From Trueperaceae bacterium (GTDB lineage Bacteria > Deinococcota > Deinococci > Deinococcales > Trueperaceae), in contig OZ243956.1 in assembly GCA_965214405.1 (NCBI GenBank), positions 1,728,001 to 1,792,000 on the forward strand: DNA of 64,000 nucleotides. The letters are read 5' to 3'. The notes under the pieces were generated by a model. The model was not told the DNA's origin. It did not search any database and worked only from the letters and a program-made list of their open reading frames with translations. Each line of letters starts with the position of its first letter. The stretch's first letter is position 1. Below, one piece after another: positions 28,563 through 37,876 of this stretch. The position numbers and the translations under genes were made by a program.

Positions 28563-29840
28563 TTATTGAGGCGGCTCGAGCACCGTCACCGTGACGAGCG
28601 GCGTCACGTTGAAACCTGCCTCCAAAAGACTTCTTTGCACCTCCTGCGTGAGCCGCTGGCTGATTTCATCGTCCGTCAGGGTGACGCCTGCGGCGCGCTG
28701 AACGTAAAGAACCGCGAGCAACGTATTTTGGTCCGCGATACTCGCGCGGGTAAAATTCACCTCGGCCTCAACGAGCTTCGCCACGTCGCTCTCGTTCACG
28801 ATTCTTTGAATGTCGGCAGCGGCGCGTTGCGAGCGGCTCGAGCGCCGTAAGTCGGGCGTGCTCGAGAGTTGCAACAGGAGCAGCCCGCCGAGTAGTGCCA
28901 CAGTCACCAAAAGCACCGCCGGAAACATCCAGCGCTTCCCGCGCTCGTAACGCGCGCCCCGCGCGGACAAGCCAAAGGCGCGGAACACGAGCGAGCCCGA
29001 AAAGTTGATGCCGACGAGCTGTAAAACCAAGACGAACAAACCGCTCCGCGCCATCGGCCAGTCGCCGATCACCCCGGCCATGCCGACCAACCCGGCGGGC
29101 GGCGCTAACGAGGCGGCCACGAGCATCCCCGTCGCCGCGCCCGACACCAAGGAGGAGCGGTCGGATTGGACGAGGTTCAAGGCCCCCGCCGCCCCGGCCA
29201 CAAGGGGCAAGAGCACCGCCACCACCGAGAGCTGGCTCGTGCTGACCATCTGCGAGGTGGCGATGCGCTGCTGCATCACCAGGCTAAGAAGGGCCGCAAC
29301 CGCGATGGTCACGGCGAGCGCGGCAAAGTAGCGCAGCAAGCTTCGCCTTAGCAGGTCCCCGTCGCCCCTGGCCGTCGACAGGGCCGCGTTCATGGCGGGA
29401 CCCGCGAAGGGCGCAATCAGCATGGCGGCGACCAAGAGAAAGCTCGAGTTGGTAAAGAGACCAATCCACACGACCACCCCCGCCGCCGCCGCGTAACCCA
29501 GAAAGCCGCGCCAGGAGCCCACCTGCTGCAAGCCGCCCAGAAAAATTTCGATGGGGCTTCTTTCGGCCACGTCCATCACGCCCTCGGGCGCTCTGTTGGC
29601 GGGCGGGCGCATCGGGATGACCCCGCGCGGGACGAGGGTTACGTGTAGGTTTGGCAGCTCTTCCGCCGCTTTGAGCATCCCCTCGACTTGGCCGTTGTTG
29701 AGGTGGACGAACACAATGTCTAACGCGCCATCCGGCCCCGACCCCTCGACGCGCGCCAAGTTGACGCCGCCATGCTCTTGGGCAAGCTCGAGCACCCGCT
29801 CACCCTCCCCCCCTGGCACCTGAAACATAAGCTGACGCAC
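28563..29840 (-). CDS. DUF389 membrane protein
   Basis: LVAAMLIAPFAGP and GMLVAASLAPP motifs; about 8 TMs. Confidence 0.8.
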   Translation of the reverse strand: MRQLMFQVPGGEGERVLELAQEHGGVNLARVEGSGPDGALDIVFVHLNNGQVEGMLKAAEELPNLHVTLVPRGVIPMRPPANRAPEGVMDVAERSPIEIFLGGLQQVGSWRGFLGYAAAAGVVVWIGLFTNSSFLLVAAMLIAPFAGPAMNAALSTARGDGDLLRRSLLRYFAALAVTIAVAALLSLVMQQRIATSQMVSTSQLSVVAVLLPLVAGAAGALNLVQSDRSSLVSGAATGMLVAASLAPPAGLVGMAGVIGDWPMARSGLFVLVLQLVGINFSGSLVFRAFGLSARGARYERGKRWMFPAVLLVTVALLGGLLLLQLSSTPDLRRSSRSQRAAADIQRIVNESDVAKLVEAEVNFTRASIADQNTLLAVLYVQRAAGVTLTDDEISQRLTQEVQRSLLEAGFNVTPLVTVTVLEPPQ

Positions 29841-30210
29841 CCTCTCCCCCGTTCTTGATCTTCCGACTCAATCTTTCGATAAGCGTTGCTATGGTTGCCA
29901 TGAAGGCTGTTGTCGAGGCCTTTTTCGAAGCTGTTGTAGAAGCTTTGGGCTGGGCCTTGGCAACCTTGCCCTTCACCCTACCTGATAGTAAGCTATGTTT
30001 CAAAATTCACGTGACGCACATCCTAGTGTTAGAGGTAGGGTGGTCGGCTGCTTTGTCATGGGAACAGGTCTATAGAGACGGGTTGTAAAGACAAAGTAGG
30101 CTGGGGATATTTTTAGAGCGTTTTTAGACTCAATTTCGAAGCGCAACATTTCAGTGTGCAACGCAAGCTCAACCTTTGAGCGCCAAGCGAGAACGCAAAG
30201 TGAGGGGTCA

Positions 30211-30972
30211 ATGGACAGAGACATAGGAACAGGAAACGAAACGAGCGACACGTCAGCGCCCTTCGGCGAGGTGAACGCGCAGGGCAGCACGCAAACCGCA
30301 GCGCGGGGGGCCGCCGAGGACGTAACGCAAGAGGCCAAAGAGAGAGCCCTGGAGGTCAGAGACGAGGCGCTGAGGCAGGCCAAGCGCGTGGGCGAGGACG
30401 TGCGGCGTCAGCTTTCGGGCAGCTTTGACGAGAGCAAAAATGAGATTTCCAGGCAGATAGACGGCGTGGCGCGGGGTATCCGGCGCTCGAGCTCATCTTT
30501 TCGGGGCGACAACCAGGCGCTTTTCGCCGACTACGGCGACAGACTGGCCGAGGGCATCGAGACCATGTCGGACTACTTAAGAGACCGCGACGCGGAAACG
30601 CTCTGGAGCGACGTGCAGGGTGCCGCGCGCAACAAACCGGGGCTCTTTTACGGGGGCCTGCTCGCCGTGGGTATCCTCGGCGCTCAACTTCTCAAAAGCG
30701 CAGCGAGAACGCGCGCCGCCTCGGCTTATCAAGGCGCATCAGATCCACGTTACGGGGCCACGGGCAGCGCGGCGGGGAGTGAGGGGCGCGTGACGGCCCC
30801 TAGAACCGGAACGTCGAGAAGCGGGACGTCAAGAAGCGGGGCGTCTGCGGAGTCGAGACCCGTAAGAAGCTACGACCGGAAAATCGTCACAGCCGACGAC
30901 CTGGACAAATCATCCCCTACCCAGTCAGCCTCTACTCAGTCAGCCCGAGAAGGAGACCATGATGGCAAATAA
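30211..30972 (+). CDS. Hypothetical helical protein with C-proximal TM (DUF883/ElaB-like 'R..P..F.GG' end)
   Basis: Amphipathic repeats, SDYLRDRD...ARNKPGLFYGGLLAVG; first gene of an overlapping operon. Confidence 0.7.
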   Translation: MDRDIGTGNETSDTSAPFGEVNAQGSTQTAARGAAEDVTQEAKERALEVRDEALRQAKRVGEDVRRQLSGSFDESKNEISRQIDGVARGIRRSSSSFRGDNQALFADYGDRLAEGIETMSDYLRDRDAETLWSDVQGAARNKPGLFYGGLLAVGILGAQLLKSAARTRAASAYQGASDPRYGATGSAAGSEGRVTAPRTGTSRSGTSRSGASAESRPVRSYDRKIVTADDLDKSSPTQSASTQSAREGDHDGK

Positions 30973-31435
30973 CAGAGAGCCGAACAAAAGCCAACCCGAA
31001 GTCCACGCGTACGACGCCGACCAGAGCAAACGGGCTGAGGGCGCGCCCAAGAGCGAACGCTCGCTCGGCGACATCTTCTCGGACCTGACGCAAAACTTTA
31101 GCGAGTTGGTCCGCGAGGAGGTCGCGCTCGCCAAAACGGAACTCAGCCAGAACGCGTCCAAGCTGGCGAAGGACGTGGTTTTTCTCGCCGTCGGCGGTTT
31201 TATCGCCTACGCGGGGCTGCTCGTACTCTTGGCCGCCGCCGTACTCGCGCTCGCCTTTTTGGTGCCCTTTTGGTTGTCGGCGCTTATCGTCGGCTTGGTG
31301 GTCGTGATTATCGGCTACGCGCTTATCCAGAAGGGGATTAGCGACCTCCGCAACGGCGCACTGATGCCCACGCAGACGGTCGAGTCGCTCAAGGAGGACC
31401 GCGAGTGGGCCAAGGAGCAGATTAATGAGCGATAG
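30959..31435 (+). CDS. Holin-like membrane protein (Phage_holin_3_6/DUF1469)
   Basis: SLGDIFSDL...LVREEVALAKTEL, two TMs, PTQTVESLKED. Confidence 0.85.
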   Translation: MMANNREPNKSQPEVHAYDADQSKRAEGAPKSERSLGDIFSDLTQNFSELVREEVALAKTELSQNASKLAKDVVFLAVGGFIAYAGLLVLLAAAVLALAFLVPFWLSALIVGLVVVIIGYALIQKGISDLRNGALMPTQTVESLKEDREWAKEQINER

Positions 31436-32420
31436 ACCGCGCGACAGCTCGAGCGACAGGTTAAATGACCGGCTGAGCGACAAATCACCCAAGGAAATTC
31501 GCGCCGAGATAGAAGAAACGCGCGAAAAACTGAGCGAGGATCTAGACGAACTCTCCTACCGCTTTTCCCCGGAGGCTCTTAAAGACCGGGCTTCTGAAAC
31601 CCTCGAGAGTGCCCAGGACGTATTCACCGGCGCGACGCAGGGCGTGGTTGACAGCTTGGGCGAGCGCGTCGAAGGGTTGAGCCGTTCGCTTTTGGGCCGC
31701 ATCAAAGACAACCCGCTGCCCGCGACGCTGCTGGGTGCGGGGGTGAGCTGGCTCCTCATGCAGGGGTCGCAGGGGAACCCACCGGGCCGTGAGAAGCGCC
31801 ACGAAAATCGTTATGGTCGCGCCGCCTCCTACGTAAGTGGTCCCCAAACGGGCGGGGCTGTACTGGACGGTTCGGGTGATCTGGTGTACCGCACCTCCTC
31901 GCAGGAAGCGGGCGGAGGCCGTCCGCTGCTCCTGGGTGCTGGCGTGCTCGTCGCGGGGCTCGCGGTGGGCCTGCTCATCCCGAACCGCCGCGACCGGACG
32001 CGCGGCGCGGGCCGAGGTCTCACAAGTAACGCGGGGGCGGCGGTAGGAGACGTTGGACGCAATCTGCAAAGAGCTGTGAAAGAAACCGCCGATGACGCCA
32101 AGCGCGCGGTAGATGAAGCGCGGGAGGGCTCGAGCGAAAAAGCGCGCAACGGAACAACGCAAAACGCCTACGATTTTGACGCCGACCGCGACTACTACCG
32201 GACGCACCACCAAAATACCTACACTGACACGGACTTTTCCTATGAGGATTTTGAGCCCGCCTACCGTTACGGCGCGGGGCTCGGCGGCGCGGGAGACGGC
32301 ACCTGGGACGACGCGCGTGAGGCGGAGGTGCGTTCGCGCTGGGAGAACGAGCAGCGCGCCCCGTGGGACACGTTTGGCAGCGCGGTGCGTCGGGGCTTTG
32401 AGCGCGCCCGCGGGCGTTAG
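31425..32420 (+). CDS. DUF3618 protein with TMs and shared C-terminal domain
   Basis: PKEIRAEIEETREKLSEDLDELSYRFSP; NPLPATLLG. Confidence 0.82.
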   Translation: MSDRPRDSSSDRLNDRLSDKSPKEIRAEIEETREKLSEDLDELSYRFSPEALKDRASETLESAQDVFTGATQGVVDSLGERVEGLSRSLLGRIKDNPLPATLLGAGVSWLLMQGSQGNPPGREKRHENRYGRAASYVSGPQTGGAVLDGSGDLVYRTSSQEAGGGRPLLLGAGVLVAGLAVGLLIPNRRDRTRGAGRGLTSNAGAAVGDVGRNLQRAVKETADDAKRAVDEAREGSSEKARNGTTQNAYDFDADRDYYRTHHQNTYTDTDFSYEDFEPAYRYGAGLGGAGDGTWDDAREAEVRSRWENEQRAPWDTFGSAVRRGFERARGR

Positions 32421-32428
32421 GGGGAATA

Positions 32429-33679
32429 ATGAGCGACGATAGAGACAGAGTAGACAGAGACGGTGTGGAGGAGGTTCGGGCCTATGACGATAACGACGGC
32501 GGCTCGAGCCGCACAAACTCAAACAGCGCCCGCACGGGTAGCGCGAACGACCTCAGCAACAAGTCGCCCGACGAAATCAGAGACGAAATAGAGGACACGC
32601 GCGAAAGGCTGAGCGAGGACCTAGACGAACTCTCCTACCGCCTCTCCCCCGAACGGGCCAAAGAAGAGGTGCAAGAAAAGCTCGAGGACGTGCAAGAGGC
32701 CGTGTCGCAAACCGTCCGCAACCTCACCGACGCCGCGATTGGCAAGGCCGAAGAGCTGCTGCACGGCGCTGAAAAGCGGGGCCAAACCTTTCTTACTGAA
32801 GTTGAAGACCGCCCCGTCGCCTCATCGCTCACCGCGGCGAGCGTTGTGGCCGCGGGCGTCGGTTGGGTGATTTGGCAGCAGGTATCGGGTGACGAGCGCA
32901 ACAAAACGCGCTCGAGCTACCGCGCCGACACCCGAACAGGCACCCGCACTTACGCAAGCTCTGAGGCGTCTTACGAGGGCAGCTCTTACGACAGCAGCTC
33001 TTACGGCACCTCGGAAACCGGCGAGGCCGCTCCGACGCCTTATTTGGCGGATGATGATGAAGAGGTCACTCGAGAGGCCACTCGAGACGCCGAGGCGCGC
33101 ACCCCCTTCTGGTCCGCCGAAACGGACGCGGCGGTGGAAGCGCGCGCCAGAGCCCAACGCGCCAAACGTCAAAAAGGCGGCTTCCAAACCTTCGTCAAGG
33201 ACAACGCGGTCCCGCTCGGCATCGGCGCGACGGTCGCGGGTGTTGCCGCCGCCTTTTTCGCCCTCCGCGACCGGCAGGCCGCCCAATCCAGGCCGCGCCG
33301 CCGCGCGCTGCCCCCTCCCGGCGCGTCCAGCTTTGAAGGAGAAGGCTCGAGCAGGTTCGCAAGCACAGCAGGCTCGAGCGGGAGCCGCACCACGCGCTCG
33401 GGTACGGAGAGCTACAGCCCGGACGCCGACGAGAAGTATTTCGAGACGCACTTCGAGACGCACTACAAAAGCGGCGGCTCCTTTAGCGACTACGAAGCGG
33501 CGTACTTGTTCGGCACCTCCTTGGCGGAAGACGACCGCTACCTAGACCTCCCCTGGGACGAAGTCGCGCCCGAGGCCAAACGCCGCTGGGAAGAGGAGTA
33601 CATCGACCCCTGGGAAACGCGCAAAGAGGCCGTGCAGTACGCTTACGACCGCGGCAGGATGGACGCTTCGCAGGGCTGA
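32429..33679 (+). CDS. DUF3618 protein paralog with shared C-terminal domain
   Basis: PDEIRDEIEDTRERLSEDLDELSYRLSP; same architecture as the previous gene. Confidence 0.82.
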   Translation: MSDDRDRVDRDGVEEVRAYDDNDGGSSRTNSNSARTGSANDLSNKSPDEIRDEIEDTRERLSEDLDELSYRLSPERAKEEVQEKLEDVQEAVSQTVRNLTDAAIGKAEELLHGAEKRGQTFLTEVEDRPVASSLTAASVVAAGVGWVIWQQVSGDERNKTRSSYRADTRTGTRTYASSEASYEGSSYDSSSYGTSETGEAAPTPYLADDDEEVTREATRDAEARTPFWSAETDAAVEARARAQRAKRQKGGFQTFVKDNAVPLGIGATVAGVAAAFFALRDRQAAQSRPRRRALPPPGASSFEGEGSSRFASTAGSSGSRTTRSGTESYSPDADEKYFETHFETHYKSGGSFSDYEAAYLFGTSLAEDDRYLDLPWDEVAPEAKRRWEEEYIDPWETRKEAVQYAYDRGRMDASQG

Positions 33680-34169
33680 CGACTTGGCAAGTCAAGCAGG
33701 TTTCGGGGAGGCTCGAGTTCGTCCGAAAGCCCCTTGGCGAAACCGAAAATCCGCGCATTTTGAGCGAGCGCCTGTGCAGGCGCTCGCTCCTTCTCTTGGG
33801 TGCTCGAGTGCTCGCCACCCACGGTCCGCATTATCCATAAGTCTTGCTAAAAGGGGTTTGGGAGAGGGGTGAGGAAGAGACGCTGTGACAACGCTTAACG
33901 ACACTGTGGGCTCCGAAAAGACGCAACACTGTAAGGATGCCTACGGGTGACATAGGGCCAACCGTATAGGCTCAAGATAGTGATCTAAAGTCACTAAGGT
34001 GTGGGCTGGCGGTGACTGTTGAGCTGTAGAGTTTTCGGTTTATCGTCATGCTAACGTAATTAGTGGCCAGGAGCGGGATCGCGCTCAAATAAGAGGGTGA
34101 GGGAATTGAGCTTTGGCTTCCGCAAGGTGACTTTTGAAAGGGGAAGTAGTGACGCAACAGAACGAGCGT

Positions 34170-34340
34170 ATGCAGGACAGATTCATGAAAACTGAGTCTG
34201 GAGAGGGTAAACCCGGAGAGAGTGACGCTGCGGTCGCGGTGTATTACGGTGAGGCGCCGCAAGAGGCTGCGTCGGCTCTGGAAGCCGCGGTTATCATCCT
34301 GTCGGTCATGGCCGTTTTTATCTGGCTCGTGCTGCGGTGA
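34170..34340 (+). CDS. Possible small tail-anchored membrane protein
   Basis: Short ORF ending in hydrophobic AAVIILSVMAVFIWLVLR, 14 bp before the next gene; start uncertain. Confidence 0.35.
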   Translation: MQDRFMKTESGEGKPGESDAAVAVYYGEAPQEAASALEAAVIILSVMAVFIWLVLR

Positions 34341-34354
34341 GGACGGTTTAGAAG

Positions 34355-34984
34355 ATGGACAGCAGACAAGTCACCATTACCGACAGTGACGGCGTGACCA
34401 AGCGCGGCGTGGTGCCGCCGCAACCGTCCGGCGAGGGCTTGCTCCTTAGGTTCGAGGACGGCGAGACGGTTTACGTGCCCAGAGACGCGGTTACCCAAAA
34501 CGGCGACGCGTACAGGCTTCAGTTGCGGTTCGACGACCTCCGCAACGCGTCTATCGGGGCGTCGTCCGAATCTACAGAGTTTGGCGAGCTTTCTTCGGAG
34601 GATGAACGCTACGTTGTGCCGGTGCTCGAGGAGACAGTGAGCGTCCAAAAGCGCCGCGTCGAGCGGGGAAAGGTCCGGGTCCGTAAAACCGTCAGCGAGC
34701 ACGAAGGTCTCATCGACGAGCCTCTTTTTAGCGAACGCGCTGAGGTTGAGAGGGTCGCCATCAACGAGTTTGTCGACCGCGCGCCGCCCGTGCGAGAAGA
34801 GGGTGACGTGACCGTCATTCCCCTTTTAGAAGAGGTACTGGTCGTCGAGAAGCGGCTGCTTCTCAAAGAAGAGATTCGCGTGAGCAAAAACCGGACCGAA
34901 CGGCGCGAGCCGCAGCGTGTCACCCTGCGCCGCGAGGAGGCGGTGGTGGAGCGGCTCGAGGCAGACGAAGACGAACCGCGCTAA
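34355..34984 (+). CDS. YsnF/AvaK (DUF2382) domain protein
   Basis: VPVLEETVSVQKRRVERGKVRVRKTV...IPLLEEVLVVEKRLLLKEEI...VTLRREE. Confidence 0.88.
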   Translation: MDSRQVTITDSDGVTKRGVVPPQPSGEGLLLRFEDGETVYVPRDAVTQNGDAYRLQLRFDDLRNASIGASSESTEFGELSSEDERYVVPVLEETVSVQKRRVERGKVRVRKTVSEHEGLIDEPLFSERAEVERVAINEFVDRAPPVREEGDVTVIPLLEEVLVVEKRLLLKEEIRVSKNRTERREPQRVTLRREEAVVERLEADEDEPR

Positions 34985-35212
34985 AGGGATTTCGCCCTCT
35001 TTCGCGCTCTGCGCAGTCCCGACAGCGGCCTGACTAAAGTCAACCAAGGGACGCCGCAGACGCCTCTAAAAGTGACCCACAGTCTCGGGTAAAAATCTGT
35101 AAGTCAGGGACAGGTTGTCAAGCGGTGGGCGAAGTAAAAATAGTGATGTAGTAGACAGATGCTCCTTTAGAGACTGTCTAAAAAACTTTCAAACCCCAGG
35201 GAGGGTATATCA

Positions 35213-36229
35213 ATGGCAAATACAGTGGTAGGACTTTACAGCACCTCGTCCGTCGCGCAAGAAGTGATTGACGACCTCATCGACAACGGCTTCAACCGTA
35301 GCGACATCGACTTAGAGGAAACCGCTCGGGGCAATCTCGCAGGCGAGCTGACGCGGGGCGGCGTGCCGCAAGACGACGCCGACTACTACGCGGACGGCGT
35401 CAGTGACGGCGGTTCGCTCGTGGTGCTGCGCGCGCCCGAGGCCAAGACGAGTCAGGCCGTCGACATCATGGAACGTCACAGCACCCGTGACGCTGACTTT
35501 ATCAACAACGCCAGCCGCGACACAGACACTATGGTTGACCGCGATACCGACCGTAACGCCACAGCGAGTGCGGCCCGGACAACCCGGAATGACGGCGACC
35601 AGAGCATCGACGTGGTTGAAGAGCGCCTGCGCGTCGGTAAGCGCATCGTCGAACGTGGCGGCGTGCGGGTTCGCACTTCGGTGACCGAAACGCCCGTCGA
35701 GCAAGACGTGACGCTGCGTGACGAGACCATCCACGTCGACCGTCGTCCGGTTGACCGCGCCGCGAGCGACGCCGACTTTGACGCGTTTGAAGAGCGCACC
35801 ATCGAGGTGACCGAGACCGACGAAGAGGCCGTCGTGAGTAAAGAAGCGCGCGTGGTCGAAGAAGTCGTGATCGGCAAGACCGTCGAAGACCGTCACGAAA
35901 CCGTGCGCGACACCGTGCGCCGCACCGACGTCGACGTTGAAGAGATCGGTGCCGACAGAAGCCGCGACAACGACTTCCGTAACTACGACGCCGACTTCCG
36001 CAAGCACTACGAAACGACCGGCTCCAAGAGCGACTATTCTTACGACCAGTCCGAGCCCGCCTACCGCTACGGCTATACGCTGGCGAACGATGACCGCTAC
36101 AGTGGCCGCGACTGGAACGACGTCGAGCCCGACGCCCGCCGCGAGTGGGAGTCGCGCAACGAAGGCACCTGGGACAACTTCAAGGACTCCGTCCGCTATT
36201 CCTGGGAGCGCGCCCGCGGTCGCGCGTAA
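35213..36229 (+). CDS. YsnF/AvaK (DUF2382) protein with N-terminal stress domain and shared C-terminal domain
   Basis: VVEERLRVGKR.VERGGVRV..EEAVVSKEARVVEEV..DTVRRTDV; AGGGAGG RBS; strong codon bias. Confidence 0.9.
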   Translation: MANTVVGLYSTSSVAQEVIDDLIDNGFNRSDIDLEETARGNLAGELTRGGVPQDDADYYADGVSDGGSLVVLRAPEAKTSQAVDIMERHSTRDADFINNASRDTDTMVDRDTDRNATASAARTTRNDGDQSIDVVEERLRVGKRIVERGGVRVRTSVTETPVEQDVTLRDETIHVDRRPVDRAASDADFDAFEERTIEVTETDEEAVVSKEARVVEEVVIGKTVEDRHETVRDTVRRTDVDVEEIGADRSRDNDFRNYDADFRKHYETTGSKSDYSYDQSEPAYRYGYTLANDDRYSGRDWNDVEPDARREWESRNEGTWDNFKDSVRYSWERARGRA

Positions 36230-36267
36230 GTGAGTTAGCCGGATGTACCGTCCGGACGCCTGAAACT

Positions 36268-36301
36268 AAAAGAGTGCGGGACATAGATCCCGCACTCTTT
36301 T
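36268..36301. terminator. Intrinsic terminator (possibly bidirectional)
   Basis: AAAAGAGTGCGGGA-N6-TCCCGCACTCTTTT perfect inverted repeat after the stop at 36229. Confidence 0.85.
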
Positions 36302-36478
36302 ATTCGCTCTTCTTGCTCCGCGACTTTACGCTTCACACCTTTTATGTTGTAATTTTGTGTTGTAATTTGCGAGGTCGGGCCTCGCAGCGCGCGCACGAAG
36401 GGCGCTCCTCGAGCCTCAGCACACATAACAATTTAGTGAGTGAACGCGAGCAGTTTGCAAAACGGAAAGGAACTATTT

Positions 36479-37525
36479 ATGGCACAAAGTTACCGTGACA
36501 ACGACGTTACTGTTTACGACGACGACCGGGTCGCCAGACCCGTGCGGCGCATTTCCTGGGGGGCGGTGCTCGCGGGCACGCTCATCGCGCTCATGATTCT
36601 GCTGCTTATCAACCTGCTGGGCGTGGGGCTTGGTTTGGAGTCCATCGACCCGGCGACCGAAGCCGACCCGCTAGCGGGCGTGGGTACGGGCTTGAGCATT
36701 ACCGTCATCATCGCCAACCTACTCGCGCTCTTTTTCGGCGGCTGGGCGGCGGGCCGTTTGGCGGGCAACCCGCGCACGACTGAGGGCGTGCTGCACGGCA
36801 TTCTCGTCTGGGGTTTGCTGACGCTGCTCACCTTTTGGCTGCTCACAACCGCGGCGGGCCGTTTGGTAAGCGGCGCGGCGAGCGCGGTGGGTCAGGGCTT
36901 GTCGCTGGTGGGTCAGGGCGTGAGCGCCGTGGCGCCCGACGCAGCGGCGGCGGTGGAGAACGCGCTTTCCGCCCAGGGTGTGTCGCTCCAGAGCGTTCGT
37001 CAGGAGGCGCAGGGGCTGTTCAGTAATGTAGGCGCCGTAACGGGGGGCGCTGTTACTGGGGGCGGTATAGCAGGCGTTGACGTCGTCGAAGGCGAGGGCA
37101 GCGTCCAGGAAACCGTGGGCGACGCCGCGCAAAACGTGGAGAGCACCGCGCAGGACATCGCCCAGAATCCTCAGGCAGCTTCTGCGGAAATCGATCAGCT
37201 TATCAACCAGCTCACCGCCAGCGGCGAGAGCTTGGCCGACAGCGCCAACCGTCAGGACTTAGTTGAGGCGTTGGTGGCGAACACCAACCTGACTCAAGCG
37301 GAAGCCGAGGCCAGGGTAGACAACTGGATAAGCACGCTTCAAGACGCCGACGTGAACGTGCAGGGGGCGCGGCAAGACCTCGAGCAGGCGGCGCAAAACG
37401 CCTCCGACGCGCTCGGCCGAGCGGCGCTCTGGGCGTTTGTGGGTCTTCTGGTGGGTGCGCTTATCGCGGCTATCGGTGCCGCCGTCGGTAGCCCCAGTAA
37501 TCCTAGACAGGCGCGGCGCGCTTAA
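36479..37525 (+). CDS. Membrane protein of 'RISWGAV.AG' type (TIGR04086/YrzE-like)
   Basis: RRISWGAVLAG, GGWAAGRLA, GVLHGILVWG; large helical loop; C-terminal TM. Confidence 0.7.
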   Translation: MAQSYRDNDVTVYDDDRVARPVRRISWGAVLAGTLIALMILLLINLLGVGLGLESIDPATEADPLAGVGTGLSITVIIANLLALFFGGWAAGRLAGNPRTTEGVLHGILVWGLLTLLTFWLLTTAAGRLVSGAASAVGQGLSLVGQGVSAVAPDAAAAVENALSAQGVSLQSVRQEAQGLFSNVGAVTGGAVTGGGIAGVDVVEGEGSVQETVGDAAQNVESTAQDIAQNPQAASAEIDQLINQLTASGESLADSANRQDLVEALVANTNLTQAEAEARVDNWISTLQDADVNVQGARQDLEQAAQNASDALGRAALWAFVGLLVGALIAAIGAAVGSPSNPRQARRA

Positions 37526-37626
37526 AGCAAGAACCGCGAGGGTTTCTTACATCCATCTCACGCTGCAACGCAACCATGTTGCAGCGTGTTTGCTGTGGCT
37601 AAAGGCCCTCGTGATGAAGCCTCATG

Positions 37627-37668
37627 GCAAGTACGGTTGAGCAGGTACGGTTGAGCAGGTACGGTTGA
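37627..37668. repeat. Intergenic tandem repeat, 3 x 14 bp (GCARGTACGGTTGA)
   Basis: gcaagtacggttga gcaggtacggttga gcaggtacggttga read directly. Confidence 0.9.
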
Positions 37669-37876
37669 GTCATGAATTGGCCAAGACTGCGCTCGAGCGG
37701 TTCTCACACGCGGTCGGCTCATCCGCAAGAACTATACGTTCCTTCGAAAATTTTATAGTAAGAAAGGGTGATTGATGAACTTTTGCTTGGCTCGAGCGTG
37801 TTGGCCCGTCCTATATATCAGCACCGGCCACCCCGACGAACTCCGACTTCACAGCAGGAACGTTTAAGGATAGCCT

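Noticed and set aside
30959..31435. Prophage implied by the holin-like gene
   Set aside because: No endolysin, integrase or structural genes; this family typically sits in DUF3618 operons.
37627..37668. CRISPR array
   Set aside because: 14-bp head-to-tail units with no spacers; no cas genes in the window.
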